This document shows, one piece after another, positions 9,704 to 18,229 of a stretch of DNA of 64,000 bases. The position numbers and the translations under genes are program-made. The first letter of the stretch is position 1. Every line of letters begins with the position of its first letter. The DNA comes from Corallococcus exiguus. GTDB taxonomy: Bacteria > Myxococcota > Myxococcia > Myxococcales > Myxococcaceae. The stretch is taken from the NCBI RefSeq assembly GCF_965139275.1, contig NZ_CBCSLE010000005.1; one strand, given 5' to 3'. The notes beneath the pieces are model-generated. The model made no database searches. It worked only from the letters and a program-made list of their open reading frames with translations, and was not told the DNA's origin.

Positions 9704-10266
9704 TGCCCACGCCCGTCCCCGCCAACGCCCGCAACCCGCTGCGGACCTTCCAGTTCCGGCTCCGGATGAGCACGTCCGCGGCCGGCGACTACGTGGCGGG
9801 AGTGCGCACCGTGTCCGGCCTGTCCGTCAGCGTGGGCGCCTATGAGACGTGGGAGGGCGGCAACAACCTGCACCGCTACGCGCAGCCCCACAAGGTGAAC
9901 TGGGAGCCGCTCGTGCTGGAGCAGGGGCTGGCGCTGGACGACACGCTGGAGCGCTGGGCGCGCGCGGTGCTGGAGTTCGCACGCACCGGCAAGGCGCCCG
10001 GCGAGCCGGTGAAGCGCGACCTCTTCATCGACGTGTGGGACGCCTACGCGCACCCCACGGCCGTGCCGCCGCCCGGAGGCATGGAGGCGCGCATCCGCAG
10101 CTTCCACGTGCACAACGCGTGGGTGAGCAAGCTCCACGCCCTGCCCAAGCTGGACGCCATGGCGGGCGAGGTGGCGCTCCTGACGCTGGAGCTCACCCAC
10201 GAGGGCTGGGAGCCGGTGCCCCGGCCCGTGCTGTCCATGCCCGCGACGAGCCTCCCGACGCCCTGA
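9703..10266 (+). CDS. Tail tube protein (T4 gp19 / Afp1-Pvc1 family)
   Basis: 187 aa; RTFQFRLRMS...GLSVSVGAYETWEGGNN...WEPLVLEQG is typical of the gp19 tube family. Start overlaps the sheath stop. Confidence 0.8.
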   Translation: MPTPVPANARNPLRTFQFRLRMSTSAAGDYVAGVRTVSGLSVSVGAYETWEGGNNLHRYAQPHKVNWEPLVLEQGLALDDTLERWARAVLEFARTGKAPGEPVKRDLFIDVWDAYAHPTAVPPPGGMEARIRSFHVHNAWVSKLHALPKLDAMAGEVALLTLELTHEGWEPVPRPVLSMPATSLPTP

Positions 10267-10290
10267 CGTCCCCATTCGAGGAGTGAAGCC

Positions 10291-10782
10291 ATGCCCCGAT
10301 TCGTCGAATCCACGAAGCGCGACCCGTACCGCAACTTCAACTTCCGCGTGCTCTTCAACAACATCGAGGTGGCCGCGTGCCGGAAGATTTCCGGCATCAC
10401 CGGCACCGTGGAGGTGGTGAAGTTCCGCTCCGGCAACAGCCCGTCCTCCGTGGACGAGCTGTCCCCGGGCCGGGTGCACTACGAGCCCCTCACACTGGAG
10501 GCGGGCCTCACCCAGGACACGACGTTCCGGGACTGGGCCACCCAGCTCATCCGGCACGAAGCCACGCCCGGATTCCGCTCGGCGGAGCCGGACTTCCGGC
10601 GCACCGTGGAGATTCTCGTCTTCGACCTGGACTTCAACCGCGCGGTGAAGAAGTTCGTGCTGCGCAACGCGTGGGTCTCGAAGTTCACCGCGATGTCGGA
10701 GCTGGCCGCGGAGGCGAACGAGATCCTCATCGAGTCCCTGGAGGTCCAGCACGAGGGCTTCACGCTGGAGCCGGTGGTCTGA
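10291..10782 (+). CDS. Second tail tube protein paralog (gp19 / Afp5-like)
   Basis: 163 aa; YRNFNFRVLFNNIEVAACRKISGITGTVEVVKFRSGN...YEPLTLEAG is paralogous to the preceding tube protein. Confidence 0.8.
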   Translation: MPRFVESTKRDPYRNFNFRVLFNNIEVAACRKISGITGTVEVVKFRSGNSPSSVDELSPGRVHYEPLTLEAGLTQDTTFRDWATQLIRHEATPGFRSAEPDFRRTVEILVFDLDFNRAVKKFVLRNAWVSKFTAMSELAAEANEILIESLEVQHEGFTLEPVV

Positions 10783-10783
10783 C

Positions 10784-11659
10784 GTGCTCCTGGAACCTCC
10801 CATCCCGGTGCTGCTGCCGCACGGCCTCTTCGACGAGGACGGCCGCTGCCACCGCCAGGGCGAGCTGCGCCCGCTCACCGGCCGCGAGGAGTGGGCGCTG
10901 GCCCAGGCCGGCGAGCGTCCCGGCCCGCGCGCGGTGAGCGGGTGGCTGGCGGCGTGTCTGGGACGGTTGGGGGATTACTCGCGCGTGGACGAGGAGCTGG
11001 CGGCCTGCCTCACGCGCGGAGACCGGCACCACCTGGCGCTGCACCTGCGGGCCCGGATGTACGGGGACCGGGCGACGCTGGTGGCGCGCTGCCCCGCGCC
11101 TGGATGCGAGGCGATGGCGGACGTGGACGTGCGGCTCTCCGCGCTCTCTCCGGAGCGGGTGGACGCGGCGCCGGAGGTGCTCATTGTGGCGCTGCCAGAG
11201 GGACGGGCGGAGGTGCGCGAGCCCACGGGCGAGGACGACGCGCTGCTCGCGGAAGTGCAGGGCACGCGGGAGGAGCGGTCCGCGCTCCTGTGGTCGCGGC
11301 TGGTGGTGGTGGATGGGCAGACGCTGACGCCTTCCGCGTGGCTGGCCCTGCCCGCGCGCTCACGGCACGCGGTGGCGCTGGCGTTGGCGGACGGCACGAG
11401 CGCGCCGGATCTGGGGCTCCTGGCGCGCTGTCCGAAGTGCGCCGCGTGGTTGGAGCTGGAGCTGGATCCGTTCGCACTGCTGGCTCGCGAGCTGCGGGGT
11501 GGGGCGGCGCGATTGGAGACGGAGGTGCACGTGCTGGCCTTCCACTACCACTGGTCGGAGGCGGACATCCTGGCCCTGCCGCGGGCCCGGCGGTGGCGCT
11601 ACCTGGAGCTGCTTCGCAACGAGCTGGAAGGCCGTCCGCTGGTGGATGGCTGGAGCTGA
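10784..11659 (+). CDS. Hypothetical 291-aa CIS protein with two CxxC pairs (CPAPGC ... CPKCAAW); candidate tail terminator/cap or assembly factor
   Basis: GTG start 2 nt after the tube stop; strong GC3. Putative Cys4 zinc ribbon. Size is similar to Afp16/Pvc16-type caps, but homology cannot be confirmed by eye. Confidence 0.5.
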   Translation: MLLEPPIPVLLPHGLFDEDGRCHRQGELRPLTGREEWALAQAGERPGPRAVSGWLAACLGRLGDYSRVDEELAACLTRGDRHHLALHLRARMYGDRATLVARCPAPGCEAMADVDVRLSALSPERVDAAPEVLIVALPEGRAEVREPTGEDDALLAEVQGTREERSALLWSRLVVVDGQTLTPSAWLALPARSRHAVALALADGTSAPDLGLLARCPKCAAWLELELDPFALLARELRGGAARLETEVHVLAFHYHWSEADILALPRARRWRYLELLRNELEGRPLVDGWS

Positions 11660-11677
11660 CGAGAGGACGCGCACGCC

Positions 11678-11890
11678 ATGGCCCCACCCCCGGTGCAAGG
11701 ACAGGTCGGACTCACCCGCCGCGAGCTGGAGCGTGAGCTCGCGTGGATGCTGCGCAGCGTGCCGGACAACCCCAAGGAGTTCGTGAAGCTGTTCACCCAG
11801 ACGGTGGTGGCGCTGATGGACAAGAACAACGAAGCCATTGCCCGGAGCCTCGCCCAGCGCGAGCCGCCCGGCGCCCGGGGCAACGGATGA
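11678..11890 (+). CDS. Small 70-aa protein (Afp6/Pvc6-position small protein)
   Basis: Clear GC3 bias. Stop overlaps the next start (ATGA). Confidence 0.5.
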   Translation: MAPPPVQGQVGLTRRELERELAWMLRSVPDNPKEFVKLFTQTVVALMDKNNEAIARSLAQREPPGARGNG

Positions 11891-12615
11891 CGCGCAACCT
11901 GGACCCGACGCTCATCGCGTTCGATCAGCAGCTCCAGAAGGGCATGCTGGTGACGCTGCCGCCGTCGTCCGCCGACCCGAAGGCCGAGTCGGGCGTGATC
12001 GCGCTGCGCTTCCAGTACAACCCGGAGACGGTGACGCGCACGCGCGCGGGCCAGTGGGAGACGAAGCCCGGCAAGACGCCCGAGCAGACCAAGATTCTCA
12101 CCGACGGTCAGCGCGGCGGCGGCCTGCACGCCAAGAGCGAGACCATTGCCCTGAAGCTCGTCTTCGACGTGACGGAGGCGCTGCTGCGCGACACGAAGGG
12201 GGAGGGCATCCAGGGCGTGCTGCCGGAGCTGGCCATGCTGGAGGGCATGGCGCTGGGCAAGGACCAGACGGGGGACGAGGAGAAGAAGCCCGCGACGAAG
12301 CTCGTCTCGCTCAACCCCACGGAGCTGCTCTTGATGCTGGGGCCGCGCACCTTCCCGGTGGTCATCACCGGGATGACCATCGTGGAGCAGCGATTCGACC
12401 CGTCGTTGTTCCCACTGCGCGCGGAGGTGGACCTGCGCATGCGCATCCTGGAGGTGGGGGAGAACGCGGCGAACAGCAAGGTGGAGCAGGCGTTCGCGAA
12501 TCTGCGCGACCAGCGCCTGCGGATGGAGGACCTGGCGGCGGTGAAGGGCGCGGACGCGAGCACCCTCATCGCGCAGGCCCTGGCGCCGCAGGTGAAGCTC
12601 AACGGGGCGAGCTGA
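11887..12615 (+). CDS. Tube-like / tube-baseplate adaptor candidate (242 aa)
   Basis: IALRFQYNPETVTRTRAGQWE resembles the tube-fold motif of Hcp/gp19/Pvc5-7-type proteins. Positioned between the tube genes and the hub, as Afp7/Pvc7 is. Confidence 0.45.
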   Translation: MTRNLDPTLIAFDQQLQKGMLVTLPPSSADPKAESGVIALRFQYNPETVTRTRAGQWETKPGKTPEQTKILTDGQRGGGLHAKSETIALKLVFDVTEALLRDTKGEGIQGVLPELAMLEGMALGKDQTGDEEKKPATKLVSLNPTELLLMLGPRTFPVVITGMTIVEQRFDPSLFPLRAEVDLRMRILEVGENAANSKVEQAFANLRDQRLRMEDLAAVKGADASTLIAQALAPQVKLNGAS

Positions 12616-12625
12616 AGAGACGGCC

Positions 12626-12904
12626 ATGAGCGACCCTTCCTCGCGACACAAGGACCTGCCGACGTACGCGGTGCCGCTGGGGCCGGAGGGCGCCACGGTG
12701 TCGCTGTACGTGCCCCGCGTGGCGCCGAGCGTGCCCACGTCCCTGTTGCACAAGGTGGTGGCGGGGGACCGGTTGGACCTGCTCGCGCAGCGCTACTTCA
12801 GCGACCCGTATCAGGCGTGGCGCATCGTGGACGCCAACCCCACCTTCGAGCCCGAGGCGCTCCTGGAGCCGGGAACGGTGCTGTTCATCCCGGAGAAGCC
12901 CTGA
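12626..12904 (+). CDS. LysM-like peptidoglycan-binding protein (P2 gpX-like)
   Basis: HKVVAGDRLDLLAQRYFSDPYQAWRIVDANPTFEPEALLEPGTVLFIP matches the LysM consensus (Y.V..GDTL..IA..Y......I...N......L..GQ.L.IP). Confidence 0.7.
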   Translation: MSDPSSRHKDLPTYAVPLGPEGATVSLYVPRVAPSVPTSLLHKVVAGDRLDLLAQRYFSDPYQAWRIVDANPTFEPEALLEPGTVLFIPEKP

Positions 12905-14091
12905 TGGCGGATCAGCGCGCGGCGTTCCTCCAGCTGTGGATCGACGGGCAGCCCATGACGGACGCCCGCGGCAGGGTGTCGCGTCTGGAGGTGGACGAGC
13001 GCACCGACGACGCGTCCTCCTTCCACCTGTCCCTGGACATGGCGCCCACGAACTCGGGGGACTGGGACGCGCTGGCGGACGGGCGCTTCGCGCTGCTCAA
13101 GCGCGTCACCATCAGCTTCGGGCTGGGCGCTCCGGACAGCGAGGCGCCGGACGTGCAGGACGTGGTGTTCGACGGGTACATCACCGCGGTGGAGCCGTAC
13201 TTCGGCCCCTCCCGCATGCCGGACTCGTCGCTGGAGGTGTACGGGCTGGACGCGTCGTGCCTGATGCACCTGGAGGAGCGCACGCGCTCGTTCAGCGGGC
13301 TGTCCGACGCGGGCATCGTGCGGCAGCTGTACGGTGAATACGGCTTCGCGCTGGACGTGCAGGAGACTGCGCCCGTGCGCGACCCGGCGCGGGCGGTGGT
13401 GCTCCAGCGCGGCACGGATGCGTCGCTCCTCCGGTGGCTCGCGCGACGCAACGGCTTCGAGGTCTTCGTGGAGCGCAAGCAGGGGCCGGTGGGCGCGGGC
13501 GCCAACGCGGCGCCGGAGAGCGTGGGCCATTTCCACCTGCCCCGGCCGGACGGAGCGAAGCAGCCGGACCTGTCGCTCATTCCTCGCTCCACGCCGACCG
13601 TCATCGAGCTCAAGGCGCGCTGGGAGAGTCACCGCCCCACGGAGCTGCATGGCGAGCACATCGACGAGCGTACGCGGCGGATCCGCTCCGCCACGGTGAC
13701 GGCGCCGCGCTTCCCGCGCATGGGACCCACGAGCCGCGCGGACATCCTGAAGGCGCGCATGGCGGCGGTGCTGCCGAAGCGGCCCCAGACGAAGGCGGTG
13801 GGCCTGCAGTACGTGGACGTGCCGCACGACGTGCCGGAGGTGGAGAACCTGGCGTGGTCGGACTACCGCGAGGCGGACTGGCTCGCGGAGGCGAACGGCA
13901 CGGTGCAGGGCCTGCGCTACGAGCGCATCCTCCGCGCGCGGCGCCCGGTGGGGCTCGTGGGGGCGGGCAAGCTGATGGATGGCACCTGGTACGTGCGCGG
14001 CGCGCGGCACCGCTGGGTGTGGGCGGAGGCGCTGGCCCGCTACGAAGTGGACGTGGACCTGGCGCGCGACGCGCTCAACGGGGTGGCGTGA
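12904..14091 (+). CDS. Phage late-control-D (P2 gpD / gp27-like) baseplate hub protein
   Basis: 395 aa, a size typical of gpD. Operon position between the LysM protein and gp25. Start overlaps the LysM stop (TGATG). Confidence 0.6.
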   Translation: MADQRAAFLQLWIDGQPMTDARGRVSRLEVDERTDDASSFHLSLDMAPTNSGDWDALADGRFALLKRVTISFGLGAPDSEAPDVQDVVFDGYITAVEPYFGPSRMPDSSLEVYGLDASCLMHLEERTRSFSGLSDAGIVRQLYGEYGFALDVQETAPVRDPARAVVLQRGTDASLLRWLARRNGFEVFVERKQGPVGAGANAAPESVGHFHLPRPDGAKQPDLSLIPRSTPTVIELKARWESHRPTELHGEHIDERTRRIRSATVTAPRFPRMGPTSRADILKARMAAVLPKRPQTKAVGLQYVDVPHDVPEVENLAWSDYREADWLAEANGTVQGLRYERILRARRPVGLVGAGKLMDGTWYVRGARHRWVWAEALARYEVDVDLARDALNGVA

Positions 14092-14465
14092 TGGGGCGCG
14101 GCCTGAACTTCCCCTTCCAGCTGGGAGACCTGGGCACGCCGCGCACGGTGGGGCCCTCGCAGGTCATCCGCCAGCAGTTGGAGCAGCTGCTCTTCACGCT
14201 GCCCGGGGAGCGGGTGAACCGGCCGCGCTTCGGGTGCGGCGTGCAGCGGATGGTGTTCGGCGCCGCGAGTCCGGAGGCCGCCGCCACGGCCGAGTACATC
14301 ATCCGCCTCAATGTGCAGGAGTTCATGCGCGACCAGGTGCGCCTGGACGCGGTGAAGGTGAGCGCCGAGGACGCGACGCTCTACGTGGACATCCTCTACA
14401 CGCTGCTGGCGACGGGCGAGGAACACGCGGAGTTGTTCCGCCGGGACCTGGAGGCGCCGCCGTGA
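14091..14465 (+). CDS. Baseplate wedge protein gp25/gpW (GPW_gp25 family)
   Basis: SQVIRQQLEQLLFTLPGERVNRPRFGCGVQRMVFG matches the gp25 signature (E.I.Q.I..IL.T..GER...P.FG). Confidence 0.8.
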   Translation: MGRGLNFPFQLGDLGTPRTVGPSQVIRQQLEQLLFTLPGERVNRPRFGCGVQRMVFGAASPEAAATAEYIIRLNVQEFMRDQVRLDAVKVSAEDATLYVDILYTLLATGEEHAELFRRDLEAPP

Positions 14466-17400
14466 GCGCGCGGGTCCTGACATTGCCGCTGGAGGCGTCG
14501 CTCGCGGAGGCACAGGCCGCGTTGGAGACCACTCCGCCGGGCGAGGTGGAGTGGGTGCTGCCCGTGGGCGAGGGCGTGCTCACTGCGGACTTCGTCATCG
14601 GAACGCCCGCGCACGCGCTGCGGCTCACGGGCGGCCCGGGCGTGACGCTGAAGCTCGACGGCGGGACGCTCGAAGTCACCGGGCTCGTCACCGGACTGTC
14701 GGGCGTGACGGTGGTGGCGTTGGACGCCGGGTTGGTCCTCCTGGGGGCGCGGGTGGAGGTGTCGGACGTCACGGTGAGCGCCACGGCGTCGGGGGATTGC
14801 GCGGCGATGAGCGTGGAGACGCCGGACGGCACGGTGGTCATCGACTCGCTCACGGTGACGCAGGCGAAGGGCGAGGTGGCGACGGGGCTCCGGTTGCTGG
14901 CGACGGAGGCCCGCGTCACGGGCCTGTCCGTGGACGGCGTGAGGGCCACGGTGGGGGAGGCCTTTGGCGTGCGGGCGGTCTGCCAACGTTCGCAGTGGGC
15001 GGACGTGTCGGTGCGCAACGTCATGGGCATGGAGATGGGCGTGGGCCTGGAACTGGCGGGCTTCACCCATGCGGACCTGTCCGGGCTCACGGTGTCGCAG
15101 GTCTCCGGGCCGAACGCGACCGGAGCTCGGGTGCTGGTGGCTCGGGAGGAGGGCGAGGGCCTGTCCATGGTGGACGTGTCCGTGAGCGAGGTGGATGCGT
15201 TCGGGGTGCAGTGGAGCATCGGGCTCTTGGTGGCCTCGGCGGGCGCGCTCCAGGTGCGTGGCTTCACCGTGCAGCGGGTGCAGGGCGGGTTCCCGATGGG
15301 CGTGCTCGCGCTGGGCGGGCGGAGCATCGAAGTGGCCATGGGCCAGGTGGAGGATGTCTCCGCCGGAACGCGCGCCACGGGCATGCGGGTGCTGGGGGGA
15401 CCTTCGCTGGAGCCGGTGGTGGTTCGTGACGTGGAGGTGAGCCGTGTGTCCGCGGCGCCTGTTCCGGTGTCCGCGCAGCCCGAGGCGTCCTGGTCGGACT
15501 GGCTCATCGCCGCATTGGATGCACTGTCTGCTTCGGTCGTGGGGCCGCTGACGCTGCCTGCGTTTCCCACCGATGCGGACGTCGTGGGCCTGCACGTGGC
15601 CGCGCCGCTGGGCGGCCTTGAGCCGGTGCTGGACGTGGGCACGCCGGGGGAGATCGCCATCGAGGACTGCTCCCTCTTCGTCATCACCGGCACCGCGTTG
15701 CAACTGGAGGGCGGACTGCGCACGGCGCTGGTGCGACGCACCGAGGCCTGGACGTCCGTGCATGCGGGCTGGCTCCAGGCGGAGCAGCTGTTGCTGGCAC
15801 AGCTCACCTGGCACCGGCATGCGCATGGGCTGCGGCTGGGGCCTGGAGAGATTCGCGCCTACGACTCGCTCTTCACGGCCATCGTGGGCGCGCCGTTCGT
15901 GCTGGAGCCGGACGCGGAGCTGTCTGCCTCTCCCGCGCTGTTCGCTCAGGGCGCGGCCCCGCCGTTCCTGGAGGTGGGGCCCCTGCCGTACCGGACGCCG
16001 GGGACTCCGGAGGTTCCGCCGGTGTTGCTCACTGGCGGCCTGCCGCCTCCGGAGACCGTGGATCTGCGGCTGGTGCCGGATGCGGCCATCTCGCGCGCGG
16101 CCGTGCCGGTTCCGGGCGACGGTCCTCGCGACCCGGCGCCATTCATTGGGGCGTGGGCTCCGGACGTGGTGCCGGGATGTGACGTGAGGGATCCTCAGCC
16201 GCGCCCGTGGCTCGCGGCCCCGGAGCGTCCGGCGCCTGGCGCGCTGGTGGACTACCAGGCTCGCGACGCGCAGTCGTTGCTGGCGGTGATGCTGGAGCGG
16301 GCCCGCACGGTGATGGCGCCGTGGGAGGACCGGGGGCCCGCGGACTTCACGACCATGTTGCTGGAGGCCGTGGCCGCGCAGCTGGACTCGCTGGCGTACC
16401 AGCAGGAGCGCGCGGTGGTGGAGGGCTTCCTGGAGGACGCCCGGTTGCGGCGCTCCGTGGAGGACCACGCGCGTGGACTGGATTACGTGCCGGATCCGGG
16501 GCTCTCCGCCACGGTGATGCTGCGGTTCCGGTTGGATCCGGAGGCGCTCGCGGCGCTGGTGAAGGCGCGGTTGGATGAACTGAACCTGTCGGTGCTTCCG
16601 CCCGGCACCACCGCGCTGGAGTTCCTTACCGGTGGCGGCGTGCTGGAGATTCCCGCCGAAACGCTGGTGGCGAATGTCTCCACGGACGAGCACTCGCTGG
16701 TGTTCGTCACCGAGTCGCCCCTGTCGTACTTCCCCCGGCTGGAGATCGTGACGCTCGCGGAGTCCGTGCAGCCTGGGGACACGGGCGCGACGCTCGCGGG
16801 GCTGTACCCGGAGCTGGATCCCGGCCGGTGGCTGATCCTCTACCGGGGCCGCGGCGAGAGCGGGCACGTGGTGCGAGTGACGTCTGTAGCGCTCGCCACC
16901 GATACGACCTTCGTCGGGTGGGATCCCCGCAGGTTCGCGCCGGAGGTGTTCCTGGCGCCGGGAGACCCCGCACCCGGGCCTCGCGCGACGGTGCTGGGCA
17001 ACGTGGTGCCCGCGCATCACGGGCTGCCGGTGACGCCGCTTCCAGAGGGCTTCGAGGCGGACTCGGCGGAGCCCTTCGCGCGCAGCCTCGCGCAGTGGCG
17101 TGCGTTGCTGTCCCCGGTCGTGGACGGCAGCGAGGAGCGCGAGTTCGCCCTGCCGTTCCATCCGGTCAGCGTCCAGGCCTTTGGGTATCCACTGCCGGAG
17201 GAGACGTCGCGGCGCGGGACGCCCCAGCTCCAGGTGAGCGTGGAGGACGACCCCTGGACGCTGGTGGACGACCTGTCCGTCCAGGGGCCGGGGGATGAGG
17301 TGTTCGTGCTGCGCGCGACCCCCACGGGTGGCGCCAGCCTGCGCTGGGGCGACGGCGTCAACGGCGCCGTGCTTCCGCCCCGGGAGACGACGCTGGGACT

Positions 17401-18229
17401 GTCGCTGCGCGTGGGGCTGGGGACGGTGGCCAACGTGGGGGAGGGCGTGCTCACGCGGTTGCTCCAGGTGCCGTTGGATCCGCAGCGCTCCGCGTCCGCG
17501 GGCGAGCTGCTGGCCCAATCGATGGACGACGTGCGCGCGTTGGTGCGCGTGGACAATCCGCTGCCCGCGGTGGGGGGGCGCGACGCGGAGTCGCTCGACT
17601 CCATTCGCTATCGTGCACCGGCGGGTGTGTCGCAGCCGCTGTCCGCCGTCACGGTCGACGACTACGTGCGGATGCTCCAGCAGATGCCGGAGGTGGCGGG
17701 GGCCTCGGCGCGCGCCGTGGACCGGGACCTGCGCACGGTCATCCGTGTGACGGTGTTGCTGCGCGACGAGGACACGCTCGACCGCGACGAGCTGCTGCGC
17801 CGATGGGCGGGGGTGCGCAGTCGCCTGGAGGAATTCCGCCTGCTGGGCGTGGACGTGGAAGCGCTGCCGCCCAAATGGGTGCCGCTCGACTTGGACCTGG
17901 AGGTGGATGCCTCGCCGCATGCGCAGGCCGACCAGGTGCGCGACGCGGTGGTGGGCGCCATCGCTGGGGACGGCGGCCTGTTGGATCCGGACCGCTCTGG
18001 CCTGAACGGCGATGTGCAGCTCGCGGACCTGTACCAGGCGGTGCTGCGCGTCCCGGGCGTGACGGCGGTGCGGGTGAAGCGCTTCCGCCGGCTGGAGCCC
18101 CAATCGCAGGAGCGGCTGGAGGCGGGCGTCATTCCCATTGGACCCGACGAGGTGGCCACTGCTCGGGGTGGTTACTGGCCGGGTTCGGAAGGCGTCCTCA
18201 CCGTGCAGGTGTGCGGAGGGCTGCGATGA
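14462..18229 (+). CDS. Baseplate_J (gp6/gpJ-like) wedge protein with approx 500-aa N-terminal parallel beta-helix-like repeat extension (1255 aa)
   Basis: Central DFTTMLLEAVAAQLDSLAYQQERAVVEGFLEDARLRRSVEDHARGLDYVPDPGLSATVMLRF matches the Baseplate_J motif. N-terminal region shows approx 22-residue repeats (V.V.L.G..V.V..V.V). GTG start overlaps the gp25 stop (GTGA). Confidence 0.7.
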   Translation: MSARVLTLPLEASLAEAQAALETTPPGEVEWVLPVGEGVLTADFVIGTPAHALRLTGGPGVTLKLDGGTLEVTGLVTGLSGVTVVALDAGLVLLGARVEVSDVTVSATASGDCAAMSVETPDGTVVIDSLTVTQAKGEVATGLRLLATEARVTGLSVDGVRATVGEAFGVRAVCQRSQWADVSVRNVMGMEMGVGLELAGFTHADLSGLTVSQVSGPNATGARVLVAREEGEGLSMVDVSVSEVDAFGVQWSIGLLVASAGALQVRGFTVQRVQGGFPMGVLALGGRSIEVAMGQVEDVSAGTRATGMRVLGGPSLEPVVVRDVEVSRVSAAPVPVSAQPEASWSDWLIAALDALSASVVGPLTLPAFPTDADVVGLHVAAPLGGLEPVLDVGTPGEIAIEDCSLFVITGTALQLEGGLRTALVRRTEAWTSVHAGWLQAEQLLLAQLTWHRHAHGLRLGPGEIRAYDSLFTAIVGAPFVLEPDAELSASPALFAQGAAPPFLEVGPLPYRTPGTPEVPPVLLTGGLPPPETVDLRLVPDAAISRAAVPVPGDGPRDPAPFIGAWAPDVVPGCDVRDPQPRPWLAAPERPAPGALVDYQARDAQSLLAVMLERARTVMAPWEDRGPADFTTMLLEAVAAQLDSLAYQQERAVVEGFLEDARLRRSVEDHARGLDYVPDPGLSATVMLRFRLDPEALAALVKARLDELNLSVLPPGTTALEFLTGGGVLEIPAETLVANVSTDEHSLVFVTESPLSYFPRLEIVTLAESVQPGDTGATLAGLYPELDPGRWLILYRGRGESGHVVRVTSVALATDTTFVGWDPRRFAPEVFLAPGDPAPGPRATVLGNVVPAHHGLPVTPLPEGFEADSAEPFARSLAQWRALLSPVVDGSEEREFALPFHPVSVQAFGYPLPEETSRRGTPQLQVSVEDDPWTLVDDLSVQGPGDEVFVLRATPTGGASLRWGDGVNGAVLPPRETTLGLSLRVGLGTVANVGEGVLTRLLQVPLDPQRSASAGELLAQSMDDVRALVRVDNPLPAVGGRDAESLDSIRYRAPAGVSQPLSAVTVDDYVRMLQQMPEVAGASARAVDRDLRTVIRVTVLLRDEDTLDRDELLRRWAGVRSRLEEFRLLGVDVEALPPKWVPLDLDLEVDASPHAQADQVRDAVVGAIAGDGGLLDPDRSGLNGDVQLADLYQAVLRVPGVTAVRVKRFRRLEPQSQERLEAGVIPIGPDEVATARGGYWPGSEGVLTVQVCGGLR

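Noticed and set aside
14396-18103. 1235-aa minus-strand ORF antisense to the Baseplate_J gene
   Set aside because: Shadow ORF. The plus strand has the Baseplate_J motif and operon coupling.
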